In this document: positions 1-13,700 of the stretch, piece after piece | Layout of the letters: the number at the start of each line of letters is the position of its first letter | Numbering within the stretch: position 1 is the first letter of the stretch | From: Mustelus asterias | Lineage: Eukaryota | Direction of reading: 5' to 3' | Assembly: GCF_964213995.1 (NCBI RefSeq) | Contig: NC_135801.1 | Location: 175,832,001 to 175,896,000 of the forward strand | DNA: 64,000 bases | Translations under genes and position numbers: made by a program | The notes under the pieces: model-generated | What the model was told of the DNA's origin: nothing | Databases searched by the model: none | What the model saw: only the letters and a program-made list of their open reading frames with translations

Positions 1-814
1 TTTGCATGTGTTATATTGACACGAAACAATTATTTTCCGTGCTGGCGAGAATTGTTCAGATCTGCGGCCAGTCACCTGCTGCTGTGGTTTGTGAAGTGAC
101 AGAAAAGGCCAACGAGACCGGGCTTGTTGTTTACTGTAATGTTTAATCTCACAACAGCTACATTCCATTCATTTCAGATTTGCCAAAAGCTCCAGTGAAG
201 ACAGCAATTCTCAGGTTAAACAAAAAACGGATCGGTTTAAAAAAAAACATACTTAAAAGATTAACAAATGATTCATAAATCCAGACAGAATGTGGGAATG
301 CAAGTATTTGATGCCATGTTAGACATTCACAAGAATACAGAAGAAAAATGCACACCTATTTACAGTCAAATCCTAACTCCTGGATTGAATTCCTCTTGTC
401 CCACAGAACCTCATCTCCCCATGATTAACCCCAGCAACTCCTTATGAAGATGGTAATAGTTATGGCTATGAACAGAGGGACTTTTACTCAATGTGCCACA
501 CATGGGGTCGGAGATGCCAACCTTAACACTCTCCTTGCCACTTGTTTCTCTGCCAGTTAGGAGGCTGCATTCGGTCACAAGTCAGAAAGGAATTTAAGAT
601 GAACATTACCCCCAGTACGGTAAAACTAGACCCTCTGCCCTTCCCCATCCCCTCACCATGTAATCATGCCTTCATGGAAAGCGTAAAGCAAAGAAGGATT
701 GCTCAGGCCATTGGCTGCCACATCTCTTTCATTCAAGGTGGAGATCACCAGTCTGCGGGGTGATACTGGAGATCAGGAAGTTCTGATTTGTGGACCCTCC
801 TCCTCTCTTAAGTT

Positions 815-1115
815 TTTTTTTAGTTTATCTATTAATGTCACAAGTAGGCTTACATTAACACTGCAATGAAGTTACTGTGAAAATCCCCTAGCCGTCAAAC
901 TCCGGCACCTGTTCAGGTACACTGAGGGAGAATTTAGCATGGCCAATCTACCTAACCAGCACATCTTTCAGACTGAGGGAGGAAACCAGAGCACCTGGAA
1001 GAAACCCACACAGGAGAACATGCAAACTCCACACAGTGACCCAGGTCAAGAATTGAACCTGGGTCCCTGGTGCTGAGAAGCAGCAGTGCTAACCACTGTG
1101 CCACCATCATGCTGC
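815..1115 (-). repeat. HE1/V-SINE-like tRNA-derived SINE (tail type B)
   Basis: tggcacagtggttagcactgct A-box, ggttcaattc B-box, conserved V-domain core. Confidence 0.85.
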
Positions 1116-2654
1116 CCTGGTTGGGCGAAGGGACTGTCTTCCCAGAGTGTGAAATGCAGATCCCAGTATGTGTAACAGGCTGGCTCAGTGACCCTGCCAC
1201 TTGTGGGGTCGCCCTTTGACACTCCGGCCCCAACAGGGGGATGTGGAATTTCCTATTTTGACCAGGGCTGTTGGACACGTATAAAATTACTGCTTTGACT
1301 GTGACTGACTTATTTTGTCGAACACAGAATTGCCTCCACCCACTGGGGGAGGTATGAGGGTTACAAATCCACCTTTATATTAGTGACAAACCCACATTTC
1401 AGTATATTCATGGCGTACAAGTTTCAGCTACAGCAAAGTTACTACAGTGACAGGACAGTTTAATAGGCATTGTGCAAAAATGTGAAGATCCATTGAAGGA
1501 CAGAGGATCAGTTCTATGCCGATTTCCGTGCAGTTTCCATTTTGTTCTCAAGAAGTGATTCAAGGATTCCATGTTGAATGTTTTCAGACATTAACCTGAA
1601 GTGGGGAAAATCGAGATCTTATTAATATAATATATTCATGAAACAACATAGGTGAGCTAAGAAACCTGCACTCTGGGGGTACGACTCTCATCAACTTTTA
1701 CAGATGCACCAGAGAAAGCATTCTTTCTGGATGTATCACAGCTTGGAATGGCTCCTGCTCTGCCCAAGACCACAAGAACCTACATACGGTCGTGAATGTA
1801 GCCCAGTTCATCACGCAAACCAGCCTCCCATCTATTGACTCTGTCTACACTTCCCGCTGCCTCGGAAAAGCAGCCAGCATAATCATGGACCCCTCATACC
1901 CCGGGCATACAATCTTCCACTTTCGCCCATTGAGAAAATGATACAAAAGGACACATACCAACCGATTCAAAAACAGCTTCTTCCCTGCTGCCACGAGACT
2001 TTTGAATGGACCTACCATATATTAAGTTGATCTTTCTCTACACCCTAGTTATTACTGTAACACTACCTTCTGCACCCTCTTCTTTCCTTCTCCCTTATGT
2101 ACTCTATGAATGGTATGCTTTGTCTGTATAGCACACAAGAAACAATACTTTTCACTGTATACTAATGCATGTGGCAATAATAAATCAAATCAAAATCAAA
2201 TCACATTAGATGGTGTAGGACAGTGAATTGGAATATCTAGGACAGTGTTAGCAGAGCTAATTTTGGGAGAGCCATTTAGTTTGCCATTCAGAGCAGGGTG
2301 GAAAAGGCTATTACACAGGTTCTAACTTTTTAATGTGACGTGGGGAGGACAGAGATTACAGGTGCCAACCTATACTGGATTTGTAAACCAGATCTAATTT
2401 CCAGGGAATTCAAAGCAAATTATTGCAGATGCTGGAAAATCTCAACTCGGAAAGGAGAAGAATCATTTTGGACTTGAAACGTTGACTCCTGTTTCTCCCT
2501 CCACAGATGCTGCCAGAACCGCTGTGTTTGCCCAGCATTTTCTGTTTGCCTTATAGAGTTTGATAGCACAATAAGAGACCCTTCTGTCCATCGTGTGGGG
2601 GTCAGCCATCACCAATCCCATTCATGACACCAAGAAACAGTTGAAGGCACTGAT

Positions 2655-2935
2655 GGGGGGCATGGTAGTACAGTGGTTAGCACTGCGGCTTCACAGTGCC
2701 AGAGACCTGGGTTCGATTCCCGGCTTGGGTCATTGTCTGTATGGAGTCTGCACGTACTCCCCGTGTCTGCATGGGTTTCCTGCGGGTGCTCCGGTTTCCT
2801 CCCACATTCTGAAAGACGTGCTGGTTAGGTGCATTGACCCGAACAGGCGCTGGACTGTGGAAACTAGGGGAATTTCACAGTAACTTCATTGCAGTGTTAA
2901 TGTAAGCCTTACTTGTAACTAATAAATAAACTTAA
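2655..2935 (+). repeat. HE1/V-SINE-like SINE (tail B)
   Basis: Same head/core; tail gtaacttcattgcagtgttaatgtaagcc. Confidence 0.85.
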
Positions 2936-2959
2936 AAAAAGCAGAGTCTCTGGGCCCTT

Positions 2960-4620
2960 GCAACATCTCAGAGGTAGTACTGAAGACCTGTTGTCCAGAA
3001 CTAACCGCACCATGCTGTTCATTATAGCATCAACACTGGAATATTCCAGTTCCAATTTTCCAATTGCCCAACACTATCCTGTCTGCAAAAAGCAGGACAA
3101 ATCCAAATCGGCCAATTATAACCCTTGTATCAGCACTCAATCATCAGCAAAGTGATGGAAAGTGTCATTGACAGTGTTGTCAACTGGCACTTACACAGCA
3201 ACAACCTGCTCACCAACGGATTAGGTTTTGCAGACCTCAATGCAGTTTGGGTCCAAATATAGACAAAAGAGCTGAATTGCAGAACTGAAATGAGAGTGAC
3301 AGTGCTTTAACATCATGGCAGCATTTGACTGCGTGTAGCATCAAGGAGCCTGAGCAAAATTCAAACCAATGGGAATTGGGAGAAAGTTCTCCACTGGTTG
3401 GTTTCATACCTAGCACAAAGGTATGTGGTTGTTGGAGGCCCATCGTCCCAGGGTGCAGGAGTTCCTGACGGTAATTTGCTGCTCAATCAATTTTCCGCCC
3501 TCCATCATAAGGTCAGAAGTAGGGATGTTTACTTATGATTGTGCTGTGATTAGTACCATGTGCATTCCCCCAGATATTGAAGTCAGCCCAACTACATGCA
3601 ACGGGAAGATATGGACAACTTTCAGGCTCAGGTCCATGAGTAACATTCAGAGCACATGTGCCAAATGTGGTAAACAGGCTTATTACCTGTGTGTGTGTGT
3701 GACATGCCTGGGCATGCCCCTGCCGGCCCTGCCTGCGGCTCCTCCCCCCCCCTAGTCCAGGTATAAAGGTGACTGCTCCCCACCCCCCCCCTCCTCAGTC
3801 TTTGGACCAGTTCATCAGCATGGGTGTGCTCCAAGTCTTTTGCGAATAAAAGCCTATTTGTTCTTGCATACAAACTAGTCTTTGCTTGATTGATAGTGCA
3901 TCACCAAGCACTGACAATCTCCAACACAAAAGTATCTAACCATAGTTCTTGATGTTCAATGATGTTAACATCATATAATCCCCCACTATCAACATTCTGA
4001 GTGTTATTAACCAGGAACTTAATTAGATGAGCCATAAAACTACCGTGGCGACAAGAGCAAATCAGAGGTTAATCAGGGAATTCTGTAGTGAGTAACTTAC
4101 CTCTTGACTCCCCAAAACATATCCATGCCCTACAGTGTGATGGAACACTCCCCACCTGCCTGGATGAGTGAAGCTCCAACAACACAGAAGAAGCTTGATA
4201 CCATCCAAGTCAAAGCAGCCCGCTTGATTGGCACCTAATCCAACACTTTAAAACATCCACCACCTCTACCACTAGCACACAGTGGCATCTCCAAAATGCA
4301 GTGAAGTAACTCGCCAAGGCTCCTTCAATAACACTTTCCAAACCTGAGGCCTTTACCATCTAGAAGAATAAGGGCAGCAACTGCATGGAGACACCATCAT
4401 GCGCAAGTTCTCCTCCAAGCCATTAAACATCTTGGCCTGGAGCTATATTGCCGCTCCTGTAATATCTCTGGGTCAAAATGCTGGAACTCCCTCCCTAACA
4501 GCACTGCATGGATTGTAGCAGTTTAAGAAGACAGCTCACCACCAGCATCTCAAGGTGATAAGGGGTGAGCAATAAATACTAGTCGTGTCAGTAACATTCA
4601 TATCCCATGGTTGAATACTT
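2960..4620 (+). mobile_element. Decayed CR1/L2-clade LINE interrupted by a solo LTR
   Basis: PVCKKQDKSKSANY RT-proximal motif; 3' tail gcagctcaccacc...aataaat also seen at 46890-47232 and in the second SINE family. Confidence 0.65.
3666..3903 (+). mobile_element. Solo LTR (about 238 bp)
   Basis: TGTGGTAAAC...TGCATCA termini, TATAAA, AATAAA, 5-bp TSD ccaaa/ccaag. Confidence 0.7.
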
Positions 4621-5344
4621 TGTAAAATAGGGCTGGGCTATAAAAGGACAAAGGTTCAGATAGTTTGCCTTCTCCTTACTGGCAGTTACATAATACAATA
4701 ACAATAGGCTTGTTGACTACCATTGCATCAATCCCTATCAATTTGTCTACCACACACCCAGACATGAAATATGAAAATCCTCAATGGTGGAGAGTTTTGG
4801 ATAGCAAAGGTCAAAGTTACCTGTTCCTCTGAAAAATGCTACACTTTGTGCAAATCATGTTCCATTTATTCACCTACCCTATTTCAAAATGTCAAGTTTC
4901 CAAGAAACAACAAAGCTATAACTTACTAAACTGTAACAAATTGTATGTTCATCTAGTAGTCTAGATGTGCAAGAATATATATCTTGTTACTTATATTCAA
5001 ACTTACTAAACCCGGACACAATAGCATAAATTCACAGCAATTCCTAAAGCTACATTTTAAAAACTGCACTTTCCTTTGATAGTAGTCAAAACAGTCAAAA
5101 TAGTTAAAAGCCAAACTAAAAGCAAAGAAAAATCTTTTTAAAATCCCCTAATGAAAAATGAGCTGGCATGCTGAAGGTTATTAGTAAGGTATCACCAGTA
5201 GCATTGATGAAAAGTATAGCACAGGCTAACCAGGTCCAAGAGGAACCATCTCTGAATTATTAAACTTATCAAAGAATAATTGTGAAATAGCATTAACTAA
5301 AACTGAGCAAAGTGGAAAGCCAATATTATATACACTCCTTTCAT

Positions 5345-5699
5345 TTTATTTTGATTCATTCGTGAGACATGGGCATTGCTGGCTGGCCAGCATTTATTGC
5401 CCATCCCTAGTTGCCCTTGTGCAGTGGGTAGTTGAGGGTCAACCACATTGCTGTGACTCTGGAGTCACATGTAGGTCAGGCCAGGTAAGGGCAGCAGATT
5501 TCCTTCCCTAAAGGACATTAGTGAATCAGATGACTTTTTCCTGATAATTGTTTCATGGTTATCATTAGATTCGTAATTCCAGACATTTTTATTGAATTCA
5601 AACTCCACCATCTGCCAGGGACAGGATTCGAACCCAGATCATTAGCTGAGTTTCTGGATTAATAGTCTAGCGATAATACCACTAGGCCATCGCCTCCCC
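5345..5699 (-). repeat. Second tRNA-derived SINE family (also about 27115-27652, 38800-39100, 48650-48990, 55985-56345)
   Basis: Head ggggaggcgatggcctagtggt..gggttcgaatcc; tail shared with the LINE 3' end at 46890-47232. Confidence 0.75.
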
Positions 5700-6119
5700 A
5701 ACAGACAAGAAAAGATAAACTTGGTCCCAAGTGTAAGTTTACCAACACTTTTCCCTGCTGCACAGTTTTAGAGTTGTTGATAATTAAATGTTGATTTTAA
5801 AGCTCTAGCATATATAATCTTTTTTGTTTCTTTTGGAATTTTCTCACTTTCTCTCTCCCCTTGAGCTCTGCTGGGCTAAAGTTCCACAGGCATCAGGAAT
5901 CTTAGAGTATTTTATCCTGAAGCCATTCTTTATTTGAGTATGTAGACAGCCAGGATTAGGCAGGTTGGACTGTGGAGGTAATCACACATGAGTTTGATCT
6001 TGTCCTCTTCTGACATCAACTTGTGCACCTGTTCCAGCAGAGATCAGCTAATAGAAATCAGAAGCAGTTACTTAGCTTAATTACTTTTTCTCATTGCTAG
6101 TTCCAGGCACTGTGGCCAT

Positions 6120-6530
6120 TTGCAGTATAAAAAGGAACGCAGTCGAGTGGCTAATTTCAGAACAGTGTGGTTAGCTGTTCTGGTAGCAGAAGGGGAAATT
6201 TTCAAATCTTTAATTCAAGATTACAAAATGACTAACTACCTAGATGGAGAAAACACAAATTGCAAACAGCCAAGACAGATTTCGGAAAAGAAGATCATGC
6301 TTGACAAACCCTGATGGAGTTCTTTGAGGAGGTGACAGATTTGGTGAATTGGAGAAATACACTGAAGGTGGTGTACATGGACTTTCAGAGAAACCCTTAT
6401 CGAAGAGGAACACAGGAGATTACTGGAGAAATTAAAGAGTGTGGAGTTGGGGAGGTTAGCACATTGAATTCAATGTTTGTTAGAAAGAAAGAAACAGATA
6501 ACAGAAGTAAGAACGGTTTCTTAGAACATT
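6120..6530 (+). mobile_element. Decayed CR1 RT fragment
   Basis: EFFEEVTDLV..VVYMDFQ. Confidence 0.7.
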
Positions 6531-7164
6531 CAGAGCAGTTAATATTAGGAAAAGTGAAGCATCTTAGATCCTACCAAAAAGATCTTGACTTCAACCACCT
6601 ACCTGACCATTAAGTTGAAATGAACAATATGAAATCTTATTGTCCAGCTTGAACCTCAGCTGAGCTTCTACTCATCCACCATTAAAATAGCACACTTCCA
6701 CTATTGTAAATGTATCCTTTTCCACCATATCTCAAGGTCTTTGCTATTGAAATATTTATATATATATACTTTCATTGGATGAAGAATAGACTTCAGAAAC
6801 ATACTCCTTTATAGCATCCTGGACTCCTTCCTATACTACACAACTTGTCTGACACTCTGCCACATGCAACCTGTCTAAGTCCCACTCATCCATCAACTCA
6901 TCCTTGCTGACCTCCATTGACTCTGTGTCCTCCAATGTGCTGGATTCAAAATTATTGTCCTCATTTTAAAATTCCCTGTCGAACATTTGTAATGTCTTCC
7001 AGCTCTACACCTGTTTGCATCCGAATACATCACCCTTTCCCAGCATTGGTACTTGGTAGCTGTTGTCTCAGTCCCATCTCGGGAAATTTCTCTCCAAATC
7101 CCTTTACCTTGCTACTTCCCTACACACCCTTCAAAGCTTTCACAAAATCTATCTTCCTGACTAA

Positions 7165-7447
7165 ACGTGGTTAGCACTGCTGACTCACAGCACCAGGGAC
7201 CCGGGTTCGATTCCTGGCTTGGGTCACTGTCTGTGCAGAGTCTGCACGTTCTCCCCATGGGTTTCCTCCGGGTGCTCCAGTTTCCTTCCACAGTCTGAAA
7301 GACATGCTGGTTAGGTACATTGGCCATGCTAAATTCTCCCTCAGTGTACCCGAACAGGTGCTGGAGTGTGGCGACTAGGGGATTTTCACAGTAACTTCAT
7401 TGCAGAGTAAGCCTACTTGCAACACTAATAAATACACTTTAAACTTT
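7165..7447 (+). repeat. HE1/V-SINE-like SINE (tail B)
   Basis: Same family. Confidence 0.85.
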
Positions 7448-7669
7448 AATCACCTAATTAATTAATTATCAGTGATGTACCTTGGGACATTTTATGACAC
7501 TGTACAAATTAAGGTTGTTATTACGATGTCATGGGCTGTATGAATCATTACCAAGTAATCCCAAAACCTAACATATATTTCTGCATCTATAGCTTATCTT
7601 TGCAATACTAAAAACATACTTGCATTATATCCATGGTTCTTTCTTTAACTGAAGTAGAGTACTTACGTG

Positions 7670-7715
7670 TTAATAGTATCCGTTTGTTGGTTTTCTAAAC
7701 TCTTCAGCCATTGGT
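7670..7715 (-). CDS. CD8A: CD8A exon 6 (C-terminus PMAEEFRKPTNGYY*)
   Basis: ttatttag acceptor; phase 2 matches exon 5; ends in Tyr residues, like the mammalian RYV end; followed by CAC|gtaagt. Confidence 0.75.
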
Positions 7716-10700
7716 CTAAATAAATAATGAATAAAAATATGTTAATGCAAGAAGCAAAAATTCCCTTTTTCTTGAATATATTATAATTGACGGTGAACCT
7801 TAATATGCCCCTTGCCTGCAAAAGAAATAAGGAAAATTGCAAAGCAACTGTGATTCTGTGAGGAGGAACTACTTCTCACAGAGGGTGGTGAATTTGTGGA
7901 ACTTGCTGCCCTATAGCACGGTGGAGTCTAAATCATTTAATAGTTTCAAGAAGGAGATAGATATATTTCTGATTTTTAAAAAATGGGTTAAAGGGATATG
8001 GGGAACAGGGAGAGAGGTGGATTGGAGACCAGGAGGAGATCAGCCATGATCTGATTGAATGGCAGAGCAGGCTCGAAGGGCTGAATTGCCTACTTCTGCT
8101 CCGAGGTGTCTATTGGAACATAGGAAAATTTTGCCAGCCAGAGAAGGGCCCATTTATCTTGACCCTCTGCTTTCTATCAGTCAGCCAATCCGCAATCCAA
8201 TCTAATACTCCACTCCCAATCCCCTGCAATCTCACCTTCTGGATCAGTCTTTTATGCGACATCTTGTCAATCGTCTTCTGGAAGTCTAGATAGACTACAT
8301 CCATAGGCGCCCCACTATCCACCTTGTTGGTTACGTCCTCAAAGAACTCAGGCAAGTTTGTCAAGCATGACTTTCCCTTCATAAAACCATGCATTGGTGG
8401 ATTCAGCTTTGTCTTTCCTAATGGTCAGTCATCTCCTCCTTAATGATTGATTCCAGCAACTTCCCCACCACAGAGATCAAGCTAACTGGCTTATAGTTTC
8501 CTACTTATTGCCTCTAGCCCTTTTTGAATAGGGGCGGCATGGTGGCACAGTGGTTAGCACTGCTTCCTCACAGCGCCAGGGACCCGGGTTTGATTCCCAG
8601 CTTGGGTCACTGTGTGTGTGGAGTTTGCACGTTCTCCCCGTGTCTGCGTGGGTTTCCTCCGGGTGCTCCAGTTTCCTCCCACAGTCCAAAGATGTGCGGG
8701 TTAGATTGATTGGCATGCTAAATTGATCCTAGTATTGGGTAAATATATGGGGTTACGGGGATAGGGTGGGACTGTTGTCGGTGCAGGCTCGATGGGCCAA
8801 ATGGCCTCCTTCTGTATTGTAAGGATTCTATGATTAGCATGTTTCCAATCCACCGGGACCTCAACAGAATCCAAGGAATTTTGAAATATCATAATCAATG
8901 TATCCACCATCTCTGCTGCCACCCCCTTTAATACCCTATGTTCCTATGATTCACAGTAAGATAGGGATAGAAAAGAAAAGTCAGATGAAGTTTGGACTGA
9001 CTTATTTAATGTATTTTAAATACTTACATCGCAACTTAGTAAGTGGCTTAATGAAAACTGAATGATGTATTGGTATAGGTCTATCCCTGAAATCCTTCAA
9101 TAGGAACAAATTGCTTCACACAAAGCATCATTACTAAACATTTACTGTGCATTTAAGATATTTTTCATGTTCCATGGCTGCATTCTAGTTAAATGAATAT
9201 TTCTAATTACTTAATATAGAACAGTACAGCACAGAACAGGCCCTTCGGCCCACGATGTTGTGCCGAGCTTTATCTGAAACCAAGATCAAGCTATCCCACT
9301 CCCTATCATCCTGGTGTGCTCCATGTGCCTATCCAATAACCGCTTAAATGTTTCTAAAGTGTCTGACTCCACTATCACTGCAGGCAGTCCATTCCACACC
9401 CCAACCACTCTCTGCGTAAAGAACCTACCTCTGATATCCGTCCTGTATCTCCCACCACGAACCCTATAGTTATGCCCCCTTGTAATAGCTCCATCCACCC
9501 GAGGAAATAGTCTTTGAACGTTCACTCTATCTATCCCCTTCATCATTTTATACACCTCTATTAAGTCTCCCCTCAGCCTCCTCCGCTCCAGAGAGAACAG
9601 CCCTAGCTCCCTCAACCTTTCCTCATAAGACCTACGCTCCAAACCAGGCAGCATCCTGGTAAATCTCCTCTGCACTCTTTCCAGCGCTTCCACATCCTTC
9701 TTATAGTGAGGTGACCAGAACTGCACACAATATTCCAAATGTGGTCTCACCAAGGTCCTGTACAGTTGCAGCATAACCCCACGGCTCTTAAACTCCAACC
9801 CCCTGTTAATAAAAGCTAACACACTATAGGCCTTCTTCACAGCTCTATCCACTTGACTGGCAACCTTTAGAGATCTGTGGATATGGACCCCAAGATCTCT
9901 CTGTTCCTCCACAGTCTTCAGAACCCTACCTTTGATCCTGTAATCCACATTTAAATTTGTCCTACCAAAATGAATCACCTCACATTTATCAGGGTTAAAC
10001 TCCATTTGCCATTTTTCAGCCCAGCTTTGCATCCTATCTATGTCTCTTTGCAGCCTACAACAGCCCTCCACCTCATCCACTACTCCACCAATCTTGGTGT
10101 CATCAGCAAATTTACTGATCCACCCTTCAGCCCCCTCCTCTAGGTCATTAATAAAAATCACAAAGAGCAGAGGACCAAGCACTGATCCCTGCGGCACACC
10201 GCTAGCAACCTGCCTCCAATCCGAAAATTTTCCATCGACCACCACCCTCTGTCTTCGGTCAGACAGCCAGTTACCTATCCAATCGGCCAACTTTCCCTCT
10301 ATCCCACACCTCCTCACTTTCATCATAAGCCGACCATGGGGGACCTTATCAAACGCCTTACTAAAATCCATGTATATGACATCAACTGCCCTACCTTCAT
10401 CAACACACTTAGTTACCTCCTCAAAAAATTCTATCAAATTTGTGAGGCACGACTTGCCCTTCACAAATCCGTGCTGACTATCTCGGATTAATCCGCATCT
10501 TTCTAAATGGTCGTAAATCCCATCCCTAAGGACCCTTTCCATCAATTTACCAACCACCGAAGTAAGACTAACCGGTCTATAATTACCAGGGTCATTTCTA
10601 TTCCCTTTCTTAAACAGAGGAACAACATTCGCCATTCTCCAGTCCTCTAGCACCATCCCCGTGGACAGCGAGGACCCAAAGATCAACGCCAAAGGCTCTG

Positions 10701-13700
10701 CAATCTCATCCCTTGCCTCCCACAGAATCCTAGGATACATTTCATCAGGCCCAGGGGACTTATCGACCTTCAGTTTATTCAAAACTGCCAAGACATCCTC
10801 CCTCCGAACATCTATTTCCTCCAGCCTATTAGCCTGTAACACCTTCTCTTCCTGAAAAACATGGCCCCTCTCCTTGGTGAACACTGAAGAAAAGTATTCA
10901 TTCATCACCTCGCCTATCTCTACTGACTCCATACACAAGTTCCCACTACTGTCCTTGACCGGCCCTAACCTCACCCTGGTCATTCTTTAATATTGAATAA
11001 TTGGAAAAATAAATTTAAAACTAAACTGATTATCATTCATATGAGGCCTAGAATACCTGCCCCACAGCTGTGCTCAAATCGGTTAGCATATGTAAAAATT
11101 TAATCATTGTGGACTGATAAGAATGATTCATGTTTAAATAGAACGTATGGTAAATGGTATTTTACCATTGAGTATAATTTGGGTGTGGTCTGAATTAATA
11201 TTATGGATTTGGTTTTTCAAAATGAGATCTCAAATAAAGGAACAATTTTCTTAATCTATATTTCAATTGGAAATGCATAGTTGGTACTTTTACCAAGAAT
11301 AATATTTATCTTGCATTTTGTTAATGAGCCACGTATCTCCTGGTCTCTGCCAAGGCTATTTAGTGTACAGCTGTAAGGTTTCCCACAGCAGCTTAGTTAT
11401 GGTATATGTATAGAACAAATAAACCACAATTGGCCAATCAGGCCTATATTTGTATAAACAACTTATTATTATAAACTTTTCCTCATTAATTTGACTGTCT
11501 GAGGGAACATGTTGGACAAATATAATATGATTCTCAAAGACAATCAGACCAAATTCCTGACCATTTATTGATTCTAATATCTCCATAAAATTCAGTCATG
11601 ATTTATCACCTTACTTAGGAACATCTTTCTCTGCTCTTGCTTCCATGCATTATTTGATTTCTTTAATCTATACTTATCCATATAATCTTTAATTTTATTC
11701 CCAGCTAGATATGGCTGATTTTCTTGGAGGTATCTCCCCTCCACATTTTCAGGTTAGGTAGATTGGCCATGCTAAAATAGTCCCTTAGTATCCAAAAGAA
11801 GTGTGGGTTAGGTGGATTAGCCATGGTAAATCCGTGAGGTTATGGGGATAGGATGGGGGAGTAGGCCTGGATTGAGTGCACTTTCGGAGGATTGGTGTAG
11901 ACCCGATGGGCCAAATGGCCTTCTTCTGCACTGTAGGGATTCTATGGATTTTGAATATCAAAGAATCCAGAATTCAGAGATTGTTAAAAAATGTTTCCCT
12001 CCAAATAAAATACAATGAACTAGATGTTGTTCAATGGGTAACGACATTTTTGTGTGCATGAAGAGAATGAAAAATTGGTGTGGCTATAATTACACACTTG
12101 TCAACCTTAGACAATTACCATGCTGTCATGCAAAACATTCTTCATTTGTTAGAAGACACATAATGGATAGACTGGTAAAAATACAATTTCATGCAAAAAA
12201 CTGAGTTTAATATATAGAATTATGAATACTTGGGAATGAGCAAGATGGTTCTGCTTTGTTTGGGCAATTCTAGTGACATCATTATAAAAAGTTTGACTAA
12301 GTTACTGGTATCAACAGAAACTCTTAAGATTAAGTTGAGTCTTATAACTGATATTCCACCATCTACTTTTTAAATAGAGTATAAAGTATAGAACACTGCT
12401 TCAAAAAAAGCAGAATAAATATATGGTTGAAAATGGCATTGAAGGTTACACAGCTAAGCAAAGACTGAGAATATCGGATGCCACATGAAATATCCTTGGG
12501 GATGGATTGAGGGAAAGTTTTCAGTGTTATCTGTGGAAAGCAGTTGGCAAGAATTGAGCAATGGAATTGTGAGAATAGATGGATATTTTGGACTTGTGTT
12601 TGACCCTTTGGAATAGATAGCAGAATGCAGTGTTCCCTTGAAGATTAGTTGGGCTATATTGATTGTGATTTGTGGAACGATTGATTAACCAAATGTTTTT
12701 CTTTTCTGTGCATTCTTGTGTCCTTAAAATAAATCTAGAGGTAGGAAGGAATGATCACTTTATTGAGGTTCTCAGGTTATTCTATGCTACTATTGGATAT
12801 ATCTATACTATTGCCACTTTCTTGCTCTTTTTCTGTACATATCCTTTTTTATTTTCCCTCTGGAATACATATCCAGTTGCCTTTTGAATGATGTTTTTGA
12901 CTTTGCCTAACCAACATTGGCAAGGCATTTCTTGTTCTAATAATTTGGAGTGTGAAAACACTTTCTTTAGTTTTGTTCTTTGGTCATGATAATCCTAAGT
13001 CTATATTCCTATGTTACCAATTTCCCAACTACTGATATTAATGTTGCAAATGCTGTGACAAATTGTGTGATTAAGAGCAGCTAATACAAATTGGGGGAAG
13101 GTTGCAGAACATGTATAAGGACCTGTTTACCCTCAAATTATTTGCAACAATAAAAACCTCTATTAGAATCTTCTTAACCTTGTCAGATCCAGGCCTAACC
13201 AATGTCTTATAATTTCCTTGTTTTATATGCAATGCCCTTGATGTAAAATCTAGCAATTCAATTTGCCATTGCTGCATCTGGAAATGTCTTTGCTTCTCCC
13301 CTTTGTTGAAAGTTTTGTTCTTTGTCCTAAAATGTGCTACTTCACATTGTACAAGTAATAAGAAATTGAGGTTTTTTTTTTACAGGGCATTTGAAACATT
13401 TTTTTAGGATTCCTTTTTAAATTGATGCAATGTAAGGAAACTGACAAAAAACAGGAAATGGTGGAAATGATCAGCAAGTCCGCTTAACTGTGGAGAGAGA
13501 GGCAGATTTAACATTTCAGATCAATGATCTCTCATCAGACATTCTCCATCCTGAGTTCTGTATTCATTTTAACTTGTAAATAATTCTTTACTCATTCATG
13601 GGATTTTGGCATTGTGACCAGGCAAAAATTTATTTCCAATTCCAATTGCTCTTGAGAAGATGGCAATGCGTTGCCTTCTTGAGCTGCTGCTTTCTACATG

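Noticed and set aside
2593-2883. Many short ORFs of the type MVAQWLALLPHSARD.../MDCGRKLEHPEETHADT...
   Set aside because: Incidental translations of HE1/V-SINE copies, not genes
8531-8600. tRNA-like A/B boxes
   Set aside because: SINE heads continuing into the SINE core; not tRNA genes
10040-10855. Plus-strand ORFs of 145 and 64 aa (also 34031-35308)
   Set aside because: Antisense shadows of CR1 ORF2
11356-11586. 76-aa minus-strand ORF in CD8A intron 5
   Set aside because: No recognisable motif or splice context
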